A DNA stretch of 64,000 nucleotides from Deltaproteobacteria bacterium (lineage in GTDB: Bacteria > Desulfobacterota_D > UBA1144 > Nemesobacterales > CSP1-2), in assembly GCA_052390235.1 (NCBI GenBank), contig JBQTHB010000005.1:256001-320000 (forward strand), in the 5' to 3' direction. Each line of letters opens with the position of its first letter. Position 1 is the stretch's first letter. Below the pieces are notes generated by a model. The model saw only the letters and a program-made list of their open reading frames with translations. It was not told the DNA's origin and searched no databases. Below, piece after piece: positions 49,725 through 60,608 of the stretch. The position numbers and the translations under genes were made by a program.

Positions 49725-50708
49725 TCAATCGGCGACTTCCACCGCCTCCACCCTGAAGCACGCCGAGCTATGCCCGGCCTCAATTTCTATAAGCGGCGGC
49801 TCGGAAACCCTGCATCTGTCAATCACCAAAGCGCATCGGTCTTGGAATCTGCACCCGGCAGGAAAGCTCCCTAGGCTCGGCACCATGCCCGGAATCGCCG
49901 AAAGCCGCGTTTTTCTCTGATGCAGGCTCGGAATGGAGTTCATAAGCCCCGCTGTGTAGGGATGCCGCGGATTGCCGAAGAGCCTCTTTGTCGGGGCGTG
50001 TTCGACGACTTTCCCCGCGTACATCACATAGACCTGTTCGGTAACCTCGGCGATGATGCCCAAATCGTGGGTGATGAGAAGCACGGACATCCCGATTTTC
50101 TGCTTGATTTCTTCTATCAACTCCAAAATTCCAGCTTGAATCGTAACGTCGAGGGCGGTGGTAGGCTCGTCTGCGATGAGAAGCTCCGGGTTGCAGGCAA
50201 GAGCCATGGCTATCATAACGCGCTGGCACATCCCCCCGCTAAGTTCATGCGGATAGCTCGCAAGTCTCTTCTCAGGCGTGGGGATTTTGACGAGCCGAAG
50301 AAGCTCGACGACTCGGTCTCTCTCCTCTCTTCTGGAGACCTTCAGATGCGTTCTAATTGCTTCTCCTATCTGCTCTCCAATAGAGAACACGGGATTCAGA
50401 GAGCTGACCGGCTCCTGAAATATCATTGAAACCCTATTTCCCCGCACCGCCCTCATATCACGCTCGGAGAGTTTCAGAAGGTCAATACCGTCGAAGATTA
50501 TCTCGCCGCCGTCAATTTTTCCGGGCGGCTCAGGGATGAGGCGCATTATCGAGAGCGCGGTTATGGTTTTGCCGCATCCGCTTTCGCCGACTATGCCCAC
50601 CGTGGATTTTTCGGGGACGGAAATCGAGACCCCGCCAACGGCTTCAAGCCTCCTGCCGTCGCTCCCAAAGGAAATTCTAAGGTCTCTGATTTGAATTATG
50701 TCTCTCAT
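49725..50708 (-). CDS. oppD: Oligopeptide/dipeptide ABC transporter ATP-binding subunit
   Basis: [26 protein letters not shown]. Confidence 0.92.
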   Translation of the reverse strand: MRDIIQIRDLRISFGSDGRRLEAVGGVSISVPEKSTVGIVGESGCGKTITALSIMRLIPEPPGKIDGGEIIFDGIDLLKLSERDMRAVRGNRVSMIFQEPVSSLNPVFSIGEQIGEAIRTHLKVSRREERDRVVELLRLVKIPTPEKRLASYPHELSGGMCQRVMIAMALACNPELLIADEPTTALDVTIQAGILELIEEIKQKIGMSVLLITHDLGIIAEVTEQVYVMYAGKVVEHAPTKRLFGNPRHPYTAGLMNSIPSLHQRKTRLSAIPGMVPSLGSFPAGCRFQDRCALVIDRCRVSEPPLIEIEAGHSSACFRVEAVEVAD

Positions 50709-50910
50709 TGCTACTTTTGCCGCCCGCCCGCGTGTCCAAACCGCGCATTGAGCATCTAATCTACTCGCCGGATACTCAGCGAATCGTATCCCAAACTACT
50801 TTCCGGGCAGGCTCACCCACTCCCGTTCACACCGAGCCATTAGCTTGTCGAGTAGTCAAAGGGCAAAAACGAGCGCGTTGAATATCGCTCTATCCCTGCC
50901 GGATATATTG

Positions 50911-51939
50911 CTAAAGCCTCCGCCCCCGCATCTTCGGGTCAACGGCATCGCGGAATCCCTCGCCCACCAGATTGAAAGCCGTTACCGTGATAAATATAGC
51001 CGCGCCCGGAAACAGCACAAGCCACCATGCGAAATCCACATACCTCTGAGACTGCGAAAGCACATCGCCCCAGCTCGGCTCAGGAGGAGGAACGCCGAAT
51101 CCCAAGAAGCTCAGCGCCGATTCCACCAGCACCGCTCCCGCCACGCCGAACGTCGCCGCAACCAGCACTGGGGCAAGGGCATTGGGCAGGATGTGCCTTG
51201 CCATCACGCGAAAATCACTGCTCCCAAGCGCAACCGCCGCCTCGACATAGACATACTGGCGGAGTTTCAAAAATTCCCCCCTCACGAGCCTCGCTATCCC
51301 AGTCCACCCAGTTACCCCGATGACTATCATTATCGTGTAGATGCTCGGGTCTCTGAACGCCAGTATCGTGAGTATCAGGAAAAACACCGGGAAAGTTATC
51401 ATCACCTCGAAAAAGCGAGAGACGACGAAATCCACCCATCCTCCGTAATAGCCGGCGACCCCGCCCATGAATATTCCAATGACGATAGCTATCCCCACCG
51501 CCACGAATCCTATTGAGAGTGAAATCCCAGCGCCGTGAATCATTCGGCTCAGCACGTCGCGTCCTCTGTCATCCGTGCCGAAGGGATGCTCCCGCGTAGG
51601 CGGCGCGAGAACCGAGAGTAGGTCGTACTCGGTGGCGCTGTAGCGCACGGGGGGGAATAGGGCAAAATCCCCTTTTTCGAGCTTCTGCGATAGCTCTTTG
51701 TAATCGGCGTTCGGGAATTCTCTATAGTCGAATAGGACGGGATAGTAAAATTTCCCCTCGAATTTCATAACTATAGGCTTATTGCCGGCTAGGAAATTGT
51801 CGAGTAGGGCGACGGAGACGAGAGCGCCGATAATAAAAAGGGCGCTAAGGGCGAGCCTGTCGCTTTTAAACTCATCCCATACCGAAGCCCAGTAGCCGCG
51901 GCTTGAGTGGGCTTCGGGCGGCGGGATGTGAGCGCTCAT
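50911..51939 (-). CDS. oppC: Peptide ABC transporter permease
   Basis: HPFGTDDRGRDV, YVEAAVALG, SFLGFG. Confidence 0.9.
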   Translation of the reverse strand: MSAHIPPPEAHSSRGYWASVWDEFKSDRLALSALFIIGALVSVALLDNFLAGNKPIVMKFEGKFYYPVLFDYREFPNADYKELSQKLEKGDFALFPPVRYSATEYDLLSVLAPPTREHPFGTDDRGRDVLSRMIHGAGISLSIGFVAVGIAIVIGIFMGGVAGYYGGWVDFVVSRFFEVMITFPVFFLILTILAFRDPSIYTIMIVIGVTGWTGIARLVRGEFLKLRQYVYVEAAVALGSSDFRVMARHILPNALAPVLVAATFGVAGAVLVESALSFLGFGVPPPEPSWGDVLSQSQRYVDFAWWLVLFPGAAIFITVTAFNLVGEGFRDAVDPKMRGRRL

Positions 51940-52937
51940 TCTCTCCCCTCGAAGCTGATTCTTGGGTCAACCAGCACGTAAGCGAGGTCGGCAAGCAGAA
52001 TCCCAATCAGCGTCAAAAACGACGATATAGTGGCAATGGCGAGAATAACGGGATAGTCCCGCGAGAGAATCGCCTCAAAGCCGAGCTGTCCGATGCCGGG
52101 AATCGAGAAGATGCTCTCGATGATGACGCTTCCGCCTATCATGGCGGGAAGGACGGAGGCAATTATCGTGATGATAGGGATGAGCGAGTTCATGAGGGCG
52201 TGCTTGAACAGGACTTTTCCCTCCGAAAGCCCCTTTGCCCTTGCCGTTTTAATGTAATCCTCGCGCAGAACCTCCAAGAGACTCCCCCTCTGATAGCGTG
52301 AGAGATAGGCTAAATCCCCGTATGTGAGGCATATTACGGGAAGGGCGATGTGCCAGAGGAAATCCGCCACCCTGCCGAGGAATGTGAAATTCTCCGCCCC
52401 TTGCGAGAATATCCCGTAAATCGGGAAGAGGTCAAAAAACTCGCCCCCGCCGAGGAAATAGATTAAAACCATTGCGAGCCAAAAGCTGGGTACTGAGTAC
52501 AGAGCGAACAATCCGAGCGTGATGACGCGGTCCCTGAGCGTTCCCTGCCTGACCGCCGAATATATCCCCAGCGGTATCGAAATCGCATAGACGAGAAATA
52601 TCGAGATGAGATTTAGCGCGAGCGTTATGGGAAGCCTCTCCCAAATCTTCTCAAGCGCCGGCCTCTGGTCTTTATAGGAGCGTCCGAAATCGAGCGTGGC
52701 AATCTGCTTGACCCAAATCCAGTAGCGCTCGTGAATGGGTTTGTCGAGACCGTAGAGCTTTTTAGTCTGTTCGATGATGTCCTCGGTTATCGACTCGGCC
52801 TTGACGCTCTCGCCGAACTGCAGCTTCCTAGCCACGGGGTTGCCGGGCGCAAGCTGTATGACGAAAAACGTTATGAGACTAATCCCAACGAGGGTCGGTA
52901 TCAGCAGGAGCAGCCTTTTTAGTATGTAGTTTCTCAT
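51936..52937 (-). CDS. oppB: Peptide ABC transporter permease
   Basis: YILKRLL, YGLDKP, DYIKTARAKGL, RDYP. Confidence 0.9.
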   Translation of the reverse strand: MRNYILKRLLLLIPTLVGISLITFFVIQLAPGNPVARKLQFGESVKAESITEDIIEQTKKLYGLDKPIHERYWIWVKQIATLDFGRSYKDQRPALEKIWERLPITLALNLISIFLVYAISIPLGIYSAVRQGTLRDRVITLGLFALYSVPSFWLAMVLIYFLGGGEFFDLFPIYGIFSQGAENFTFLGRVADFLWHIALPVICLTYGDLAYLSRYQRGSLLEVLREDYIKTARAKGLSEGKVLFKHALMNSLIPIITIIASVLPAMIGGSVIIESIFSIPGIGQLGFEAILSRDYPVILAIATISSFLTLIGILLADLAYVLVDPRISFEGRE

Positions 52938-52961
52938 CTGTCCTCTTCGGCTGCGAGCCCG

Positions 52962-54608
52962 CTACATTGCCGCCTTCCCGTATTTTTGAATTGGCGCAGG
53001 CACAAACCACTGAAGCTGATCCAGCCCAAGGGGGTAAATCTCAACCCTCTGGAATCTCTTGTGGAGCGCGACCGTGGATTTGCGGCAGAAAAGGAACGTA
53101 TAGGGCTGTTCCTCGTGGACGATGCGCGCAAATTCCCTGTACAGGGCGCGTCTTTTCTCTCGGTCAAATTCCGTCCTCGCCCTCTCAATGAGAGCGTCGG
53201 CTTGCGAATTGCGAAATCCTACGACATTCGAGCCGCTAACTGCTTGGGATGAGTGCCATACCTGGTAGGGGTCTGACTCCACGCCCATTGACCAGGCGAG
53301 GGTAACGGCATCGAATTTGCGCTCGTCTAGCTGTTTGGTGAACACGGCCCACTCAATTTTTCTAATCTGCATTCGGATGCCGACTTTTTCCAACTCTTCT
53401 TTTAGGATGGTCGAGATTTGCTCGCCCGTGATGGAGCCGCTGGGGATGAGAAACTCGAATTCAAATTTTGCCCCGTCCTTGTCCCTGACGCCGTCTCCAT
53501 CGTGGTCGCTCCACCCGGCTTCGTCTAGGAGCGCCTTTGCCCTCTGCGGGTCATAGGGGTAGGCCTCGATGGACGGGTCGTATTCGGGGCTATTGATGTA
53601 AAAGGGGTTTGTTACGACCTCGCCCAGGTTGTAGAGGATTTTCTCTAGGATGAGCCTTCTGTTCACCAGGTGCGTCATCGCCGTCCTAGCGCGCTTATCA
53701 GAGAAATAGGGTCTTTCGGCGTTCCAACCAATCCAGCTATAGTTGGGAGTGAAGTAGCTGAGTTTATTGAAATTTCTCTCGAATTTAACCGACGCCGTCT
53801 GCCTGAACCACTGTATCGCCGTAAGCCCGGTGAGGTCTAGCTCTTCTCGCTTCAGCACCTGCAGGGCGACCGTGGGGTCTGAGACGAGCCTGAAGACAAT
53901 TCTCTTAATAAACGGCTTTTCGCCCCAGTAATCTGCGTTTCTCTCAAGCGCAATCTCCTCGCCCGTAGCCCACTTGAGGAATTTATAGGGCCCCGTGCCA
54001 ACGGGCGCTCTCCCCGCCGGATTGGTATTGAAATCGCCATCTTGAAATACGTGCTTTGCCACAAGGGGCATACCGCCGCAAAATTCAAGCGCGAGAAAAT
54101 AGGGGGTGGCGTAGGTGAAGCGCACTGTGTATTTATCGAGGGCTTCGACCTTCCTGATGTCCTTGTAGTAGCCTCGAAGGTGAGGGGCGTCAACTGCGGG
54201 GTCGGTTATTTTCTGATACGAGAAAACCACGTCCTCAGCCGTAAAGGGCGCGCCGTCGTGCCACATTACCCCTTTTTTGAGGCGAAAGGTGAAAACGAGC
54301 TTATCCGCCGAAATCTCCCACGAGTCCGCGAGAAGGGGCGTAATCTGTAGAGTTTTCGGGTCTCGGCGCACGAGCGTTTCATAGATATTGCCGCTGTTGA
54401 CGGTTGACTCGTATGCGTCCGTAGCCGTGATGGGGTTTAAATTCCCCGGCTCCGCGCTGAGGTTATAGATGAGCCAGTCCCCTTCGGCGGGCGCGTAATT
54501 GGAGTATTTGGCGTAATTATCCTCCGAGGGCGGAGAATCCCCATCCGATTTACATGAAACCGCAAACGGCACAAGCGCGGCGCTGAGGGCTATAATTAAA
54601 TACTTCAT
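52962..54608 (-). CDS. oppA: Peptide ABC transporter substrate-binding lipoprotein (family 5)
   Basis: Lipobox AVSC, PLLADSWEIS, WHDGAPFTAEDV, GTGPYK. Confidence 0.9.
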   Translation of the reverse strand: MKYLIIALSAALVPFAVSCKSDGDSPPSEDNYAKYSNYAPAEGDWLIYNLSAEPGNLNPITATDAYESTVNSGNIYETLVRRDPKTLQITPLLADSWEISADKLVFTFRLKKGVMWHDGAPFTAEDVVFSYQKITDPAVDAPHLRGYYKDIRKVEALDKYTVRFTYATPYFLALEFCGGMPLVAKHVFQDGDFNTNPAGRAPVGTGPYKFLKWATGEEIALERNADYWGEKPFIKRIVFRLVSDPTVALQVLKREELDLTGLTAIQWFRQTASVKFERNFNKLSYFTPNYSWIGWNAERPYFSDKRARTAMTHLVNRRLILEKILYNLGEVVTNPFYINSPEYDPSIEAYPYDPQRAKALLDEAGWSDHDGDGVRDKDGAKFEFEFLIPSGSITGEQISTILKEELEKVGIRMQIRKIEWAVFTKQLDERKFDAVTLAWSMGVESDPYQVWHSSQAVSGSNVVGFRNSQADALIERARTEFDREKRRALYREFARIVHEEQPYTFLFCRKSTVALHKRFQRVEIYPLGLDQLQWFVPAPIQKYGKAAM

Positions 54609-54623
54609 CGTCTCCGGGGCGGT

Positions 54624-55379
54624 TTAGCCGTTTTTCGTGCCTTGGTTCATAAACGGTTTCAGTATGTCTATGGGTATCGGGAAAACAATGGTCGAGTTCT
54701 TTTCGGACGACACCTCGGTGAGCGTCTGAAGATAGCGGAGCTGGAGCGACATCGGGTTTCGAGAGAGAATATCGGATGCCTCGGCGAGTTTCGTAGCCGC
54801 CTGAAATTCCCCTTCGGCGTTGATGACCTTTGCCCTTCTCTCCCTTTCGGCTTCGGCTTGGCGAGCCATGGCGCGTTGCATCTCCTGGGGGAGGTCAACG
54901 AATTTTATCTCTACCAGCGACACTTTAATTCCCCATGAGTCCGTGTGCTTATCCAGCACCTCTTGGATTTGGAGGTTTAATTTATCCCTCTCCGAGAGCA
55001 AGTCGTCGAGTTCGACCTGTCCGAGGATGCTCCGCAGGGTCGTCTGAGAGAGCTGAGAGGTCGCATATAGGTAGTTCTCGACCTGAACCACGGCTTTTAC
55101 CGGGTCAACCACGCGGAAATAGACGACGGCGTTTACCTTGACCGATACGTTGTCCTTGGTGATGACGTCCTGCGGGGGAACGTCCATGGTGATGAGCCTG
55201 AGTCCGATTTTTATCATCTTATCAATGCCGGGGATGATAAATCGCACTCCAGGGCCCTTGGCGTCAATTATCCGTCCAAGCCTGAAGACTACCCCTCTTT
55301 CATACTCGTTGAGTATCTTGATTCCTGACAGGATAAAAAACACGATGAATCCTAAAAATACAATAATAGGTGTTGACAT
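54624..55379 (-). CDS. SPFH/stomatin-like (slipin) protein
   Basis: [40 protein letters not shown]. Confidence 0.94.
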   Translation of the reverse strand: MSTPIIVFLGFIVFFILSGIKILNEYERGVVFRLGRIIDAKGPGVRFIIPGIDKMIKIGLRLITMDVPPQDVITKDNVSVKVNAVVYFRVVDPVKAVVQVENYLYATSQLSQTTLRSILGQVELDDLLSERDKLNLQIQEVLDKHTDSWGIKVSLVEIKFVDLPQEMQRAMARQAEAERERRAKVINAEGEFQAATKLAEASDILSRNPMSLQLRYLQTLTEVSSEKNSTIVFPIPIDILKPFMNQGTKNG

Positions 55380-55393
55380 ATCCGGGTTACCTC

Positions 55394-56752
55394 CTAGATT
55401 TTTGCTACTTTCAGCGTGAAATTCTTTTTTATCTCGATGACCCTGACCTTATCCCCTTTGGCGACGGCGTCCTCGCTCTGGGCATTCCAATACTCGCCGT
55501 GAATGAAAATTTTGCCGCTCCCCCCTTTGTCCATGTCCGTAACGGCGACCCCCTCTTCTGCCCCGCCCAATAGCCCGTCGTAGCCGACATCGGACGTGGA
55601 GCGCTGGGATTTGAGCAGATAATATCCGACAAAAAAGAAAAATAGCCCTATCGCCGAGGCGGCGGCAATCACGGTGCCGTATCCGACCCTCACGTCCGAC
55701 CCAGGCGCGTCAAATAGCAGGAGCGCTCCCAAAATGAAGCTGATTATCCCGCCTATGCCCAGCACACCGAAGCTCGTAACATAAATCTCCGCTATGAGGA
55801 GCAAGACCGAAAGCCCCAGTAGCGCAAGCCCGGCGTAGTTAAACGGCAGGATTTGAAGCGATACCATCCCCAGAAGGAGCGATATTGCCCCTGCGACGCC
55901 GGGGAAAATTAGCCCCGGATTATAGAACTCAATGAGAAGCCCGAGCGAACCCAAAGAGAGCAGCAGAAAGGCGATGTCCGGAGTGCTGAGGGCGTCAATT
56001 AATTTTTCCTTGAAATTCATCTCCAGCCGCTCGATGGAAGATCCCGCCGTACGGAGGGTTTGCACTCCCGTGGGAAGCTCAATCTCGCGCCCGTCAATGT
56101 CGTTGAGAAGGACATCGAGGCTAGGCGAAATCATATCAATTACGTTGATTCTCAGGGCTTCGGTAGCCGTGATGGACGCGCTCTGCCTTACGGCTTCAAT
56201 AGCCCACTTAGTGTTTCTCTTTCTCTTCTCGGCGATACTCTCGATAAAGGACGATGCGAAGTTTTCGATTTTCTCGTCGTATTTCTCGTCTCCTCCTCCG
56301 CCGCCGGTTTCGGAGTCATCGTCTGCCTTTTTGCCTCCGCCCCCCGGGCCAAGCGACACCGGATGCGCCGCGCCGATGCTTGTTCCCTCAGCCATTGCGG
56401 CGACGTGAGCCGAAAGGGTTATGAATACGCCCGCCGATGTTGCCGTCGCGCCGCTCGGAGAGACGTAAATTATGACCGGCACTCGGGCGTTGAGGATGGA
56501 CTGAACTATGTCCTGAGTCGAGGTGAGAAGCCCTCCCGGTGTGTCGAGCAGAATGACGAGCGCCTCGGCTTCGGAGTTTTCGGCTCGCTCCAATCCTTTC
56601 TTGACGTAGTCAACAGTGGCGGGATTGATAGTTCCATTTATCTCGATGAGGACGGTCATTGCCGCCGCATCCGCTTTGGAGAGGGCTTCAGAAAGGGCGA
56701 TTCCGCAAATGAAGGCTAGGGCGTAAATGAGAGTAAAAACCTTTATTTTCAT
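55394..56752 (-). CDS. nfeD: NfeD family membrane serine protease (long form)
   Basis: LDTPGG, SAG, GAAHP, TM region, GEYW OB domain; likely ATG at 56752. Confidence 0.92.
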   Translation of the reverse strand: MKIKVFTLIYALAFICGIALSEALSKADAAAMTVLIEINGTINPATVDYVKKGLERAENSEAEALVILLDTPGGLLTSTQDIVQSILNARVPVIIYVSPSGATATSAGVFITLSAHVAAMAEGTSIGAAHPVSLGPGGGGKKADDDSETGGGGGDEKYDEKIENFASSFIESIAEKRKRNTKWAIEAVRQSASITATEALRINVIDMISPSLDVLLNDIDGREIELPTGVQTLRTAGSSIERLEMNFKEKLIDALSTPDIAFLLLSLGSLGLLIEFYNPGLIFPGVAGAISLLLGMVSLQILPFNYAGLALLGLSVLLLIAEIYVTSFGVLGIGGIISFILGALLLFDAPGSDVRVGYGTVIAAASAIGLFFFFVGYYLLKSQRSTSDVGYDGLLGGAEEGVAVTDMDKGGSGKIFIHGEYWNAQSEDAVAKGDKVRVIEIKKNFTLKVAKI

Positions 56753-56858
56753 GCTGGAGGTATTGTAGCTATAGGGACTTGAAACTGCAAGAAATTTAGG
56801 CGCGCCGAATAATTCCCGCAAATCTTGTATTTTTCACGCTTACTATTATAATTTCGTC

Positions 56859-57497
56859 ATGCCGCCAAAGGTAGTCATCACTAAAGAAGAGCTTAAAAAA
56901 CCGGATAAATTCAGGGAAGCAGTCCTAAAAGCCATAGTCTTCGGGCAGGAGCATTCAAGCAAGATTCTCCTCGGCTTCGGGGGCGCTTTTCTACTGCTCA
57001 TAGGGGCGTTTGTCTTTGTAGGCTCTTCCGTAGAGGGCGATATCGAAGCCAACGCCAGATTTAACGAGGCGTTAGCCGTTTACGGCGGTGAAAATCCAGG
57101 GGATGCCCTCGCCAAGTTTGTCGCGCTTAAAGAGGAGTATCCCAAAACCCCGGTTTCAAATCTCGCCCTCTACTACGCCGCCGACATTAGCTACTCCGAG
57201 GGCAAGTACACCGACGCCATATCGTTTATCAATCAATTCCTCGGCGGCGGAGTTACAGATGAAACCCTCTCCGGCGCGGCGAATCTCCTGCTAGGGCTGT
57301 CGTTTTTCAATCAAGGCAAATGGCAGGAAGCCCTAGATTCCCTCTCCAAGCTCGAAGCGGCGAGTACTCCTTACGCAAGCCAAGCTAAGCTCCACATGGG
57401 ACTCGCCCTTGAGAAGCTCGGCAGAACGGAGGAGGCCGATAAGATTTATCGGGAAATCTTAAATCCGAACGCCGCCCAGCCGAAGCTCGAATTTTAA
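56859..57497 (+). CDS. Membrane-anchored TPR protein (YfgM-like)
   Basis: KEELKKPDKF N-terminus, one TM helix, TPR helices. Confidence 0.75.
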   Translation: MPPKVVITKEELKKPDKFREAVLKAIVFGQEHSSKILLGFGGAFLLLIGAFVFVGSSVEGDIEANARFNEALAVYGGENPGDALAKFVALKEEYPKTPVSNLALYYAADISYSEGKYTDAISFINQFLGGGVTDETLSGAANLLLGLSFFNQGKWQEALDSLSKLEAASTPYASQAKLHMGLALEKLGRTEEADKIYREILNPNAAQPKLEF

Positions 57498-57573
57498 AGA
57501 GCCGCCCATCTCCGATATTATAATTAACCAACGCTCTTCGGCAGTTTATGTTTAACCCCAGGAGGTGTAGGCG

Positions 57574-57933
57574 ATGTTTACTCTCGGCTCAATTTTGATA
57601 GGATTGGCGGGGGGGCTTGCAAGCGGCTTTTTCGGTATTGGAGGCGGGCTGGTGATGGTGCCGGCAATGGTCTATCTATTTCAGCTCACGCAGCATCAGG
57701 CCCAAGGCACATCCCTTGCCGTTCTCACTGCGCCCGTGGTTATTCTCGGCGCAATGAAATACTACAGAGAGGGCAATTCAAACGTTCAAATGGCGCTTCT
57801 CATCGCTCCGAGCTTCATAGTGGGGGCGTATATTGGGGCGACTTTAGTGCATCAGCTCTCGGACCCGACGCTAAAGAAAATATTTGGCTTCGTGCTTCTC
57901 TTCGTATCCATCAGAATGATTCTTGGCAGGTAA
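57574..57933 (+). CDS. Half-size TauE/SafE (TSUP) family transporter
   Basis: SGFFGIGGGLVMVP, AQGTSLA; own AGGAGG RBS; 119 aa. Confidence 0.85.
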   Translation: MFTLGSILIGLAGGLASGFFGIGGGLVMVPAMVYLFQLTQHQAQGTSLAVLTAPVVILGAMKYYREGNSNVQMALLIAPSFIVGAYIGATLVHQLSDPTLKKIFGFVLLFVSIRMILGR

Positions 57934-57983
57934 ATTCAGTTTTTAGTTTTAGTCTAGGCGCTCGAATCCGGTGAACCGCGAAA

Positions 57984-59054
57984 TTATTTTGCCGGCTGTT
58001 CGCGCGTCAGGCAATGCAGGGCGCCGAGCCCCCATACCAGGTCAACCGCATGAATCCCCACGACTTGGCGATTCCTAAAAATCTCCCCTAAAATCCCTAG
58101 GGCTTCTCTGTCGCTGGGGTCATTGAACGTCGGCACAAGCACGGCGTTGTTCGAGATATAAAAATTGGCGTAGCTTGCCGGAAGCCTCTGCCCGTTGAAG
58201 TAAAGCGGCTCAGGCATGGGAAGCTCTATGACCTCAATTTTCCCTCCATCCTCAAGCCGCATATCTTCGAGTCTTTCCCGGTTCTCTCGAAGCGGACGGT
58301 AATTTGCGTCGTGCGGATTTTCCTCTCGGCAAAGCGCTACGGTCGTTGCGTTGACAAACCTGCATAAATCGTCCACGTGCCCGTGGGTATCGTCTCCGGC
58401 AATCCCTCTGCCTAGCCAAAGGACGTTTGCCGCGCCTAGGTAATCCCGGAGCGCTCGCTCGATTTCTAGCTTCCCAAGCCCCGGATTGCGGACTTGAATT
58501 TTATCGTCTAACAGACACTCCTCGGTCGTGATGAGAGCGCCACGCCCGTTTACGTCAATTGCGCCGCCTTCGAGAACAATCGCTCTGCCGTGAACCTGCG
58601 GGCGAAAGACTTGAATACCCAGAGAGTTTGCGGCTTTCTCGTGGATTTGTGCGTCTTTGTCCCAGTCGTCGTACTTAGCCCATGCGTTGAAACGGAATCC
58701 GGCGACGGCTATATCCGACGATTTTTTTATGAATATGGGACCGAAATCCCGCGTCCAGCCCCGGTTGGTGCGAAACCGGAAGAACCGCACCTTTGATAAA
58801 TCCACTCCGGCGCGGGCAAGGTGGCGGCGCGCCTGCCCCTCGTGCGCCTCCGAGTTTACGAGAATCCGCACTAACTCTTCGGGGGCGATTTTCCTTGCCA
58901 TCTCGCCGTAAACCCACGCTATCGGGGTGAATTTCCCGGGCCAATCGCTTTTATTATGGGGCCAGCCAAGCCAAGTAGCCTCGTGCCGCTCCCACTCGGC
59001 GGGCATACGGTATCCAAGCTCGCGAGGGGTTTTATTAGGGGCTATTTTGTCCAT
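57984..59054 (-). CDS. aguA: Agmatine deiminase
   Basis: RMPAEWE, WTRDFGP, LEGG, DDTHGHVD, ASYANFY, GALHCLT. Confidence 0.94.
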   Translation of the reverse strand: MDKIAPNKTPRELGYRMPAEWERHEATWLGWPHNKSDWPGKFTPIAWVYGEMARKIAPEELVRILVNSEAHEGQARRHLARAGVDLSKVRFFRFRTNRGWTRDFGPIFIKKSSDIAVAGFRFNAWAKYDDWDKDAQIHEKAANSLGIQVFRPQVHGRAIVLEGGAIDVNGRGALITTEECLLDDKIQVRNPGLGKLEIERALRDYLGAANVLWLGRGIAGDDTHGHVDDLCRFVNATTVALCREENPHDANYRPLRENRERLEDMRLEDGGKIEVIELPMPEPLYFNGQRLPASYANFYISNNAVLVPTFNDPSDREALGILGEIFRNRQVVGIHAVDLVWGLGALHCLTREQPAK

Positions 59055-59950
59055 TTGGGCTTATCCAAAAAGCGGCGGGTGATGTCTCCGTAGGCGTCAA
59101 TCCTGCGGTCTCTGAGAAAGGGCCAGTTGCGCCTCACATCCTCAATCCTCGCCTCATCAATTTCGGCCACTAGTATCTGTTCCCCATCCCTCGAAGCCTC
59201 GGCGATGATGACTCCCTGCGGGTCGGCAATGAATGACGCCCCCCAGAATTCTATCCCGGACCTCTCGCCCGCGCCAGACTCCTCGAAGCCGACTCTGTTT
59301 ACCGATGCAATATAAACCCCGTTTGCGATGGCGTGGCTCCGCTGAATCGTCCGCCATGCCTCAATTTGAGCCTCGCCGCACTGCGCCTTTTCGTGGGGAT
59401 GCCAGCCAATGGCGGTCGGATAGAAAATAACCGAAGCCCCGCGCATAGCCACGAGCCTCGCCGCTTCGGGATACCACTGATCCCAGCAGATGAGCGTTCC
59501 GATGCGCCCGAATTCGGTGTCGAAAGCCTCGAAGCCGAGGTCTCCGGGGGTGAAATAGAATTTCTCGTAATAAGACGGGTCGTCGGGGATGTGCATTTTT
59601 CTATAAAGCCCGGCAATCTCTCCACGCGTGTCAATTATGGCGGCGCTGTTGTGATAGACCCCAGCCGCGCGTCTCTCGAACACGGGGGCGACGATTGAAA
59701 TTCTCTCCGAGCGCGCCATTTTCCCTAGAGCCTCGGTGGTTTTTCCAGGGACGGCTTCGGCGAGGTCGAAAAAGGCGGCCTCTTCCCTTTGACAGAAATA
59801 TCGCGAGAGAAAAAGCTCTGGCAGGCATACGACCTTTGCCCCGCGCGCCGCCGCCTCGGCAGTGAAGTGTAAGGCTTTTGCGAGGTTTTCCGCGGAATTT
59901 GCCGAGCAGGACATCTGCACGAGGGCTGCGGTGAATCCGGCGTTTTTCAT
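59042..59950 (-). CDS. aguB: N-carbamoylputrescine amidase (carbon-nitrogen hydrolase)
   Basis: LPELF, YRKMHIPDDP, EKFYFTPGD, ICWDQWYPE; overlaps aguA; likely ATG at 59950. Confidence 0.9.
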   Translation of the reverse strand: MKNAGFTAALVQMSCSANSAENLAKALHFTAEAAARGAKVVCLPELFLSRYFCQREEAAFFDLAEAVPGKTTEALGKMARSERISIVAPVFERRAAGVYHNSAAIIDTRGEIAGLYRKMHIPDDPSYYEKFYFTPGDLGFEAFDTEFGRIGTLICWDQWYPEAARLVAMRGASVIFYPTAIGWHPHEKAQCGEAQIEAWRTIQRSHAIANGVYIASVNRVGFEESGAGERSGIEFWGASFIADPQGVIIAEASRDGEQILVAEIDEARIEDVRRNWPFLRDRRIDAYGDITRRFLDKPKWTK

Positions 59951-60120
59951 AGACGCTAATTCTACACGATGCGCGATTTGGGATGCAAGATTGCCGGATG
60001 AATCCGGCGATAGCCACAAGAGATGAGTTATTGCCCGGTGGGTATTTCAGCGGGAATTGCCAATCCCCCTCGTTGCGAATAGAATTAATTCTATGTTTCA
60101 AAAGCGAGGAGAGCGTCAAA

Positions 60121-60363
60121 ATGTATATGCCAGGAGCGAGAATTGAGGTGAAGCTTGGGATTAGGCTCGGAGACGAGGAATTCCCCGTCGGTCTCGGAGG
60201 GACGATTCAAGGCGGCATCGAGAAGATGGTCGGCAAGGCGTACAAAGTGAAATTCGACGACGGCAGGCTCGCCGATATTCACATTACTACGATGAACAAC
60301 AATATGTATATTTTCACTGAATCGGGCGAGAGGATTGACCCCAAAAGCCTCTGGAAGAGATGA
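60121..60363 (+). CDS. Small hypothetical protein (80 aa, possible SH3-like beta barrel)
   Basis: GAGGAG RBS before ATG 60121; PGARIEV...GTI...YKVKFDDG pattern. Confidence 0.6.
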   Translation: MYMPGARIEVKLGIRLGDEEFPVGLGGTIQGGIEKMVGKAYKVKFDDGRLADIHITTMNNNMYIFTESGERIDPKSLWKR

Positions 60364-60608
60364 CGGCTCAGGGCAGTGCGCCTATAGTTCTTAGCAAGTG
60401 CGTTTGTATAAATTTTATTTTATAGGTATTATTAGTATCTGAGGTCTATATAAGTTTCCTAGAAGGTAAATGGTTTCTCGTTATCGGAGTAATATTTACT
60501 CCGCCTGTGTTTTGAAAACTTCAATTTACCCTCCGGGTGCAACAACTGAAAAGACTCTAAAAATCAAAAAGCGCGTCCCATTTAGAGGGCGCCCATAGGA
60601 GGTTTAAT

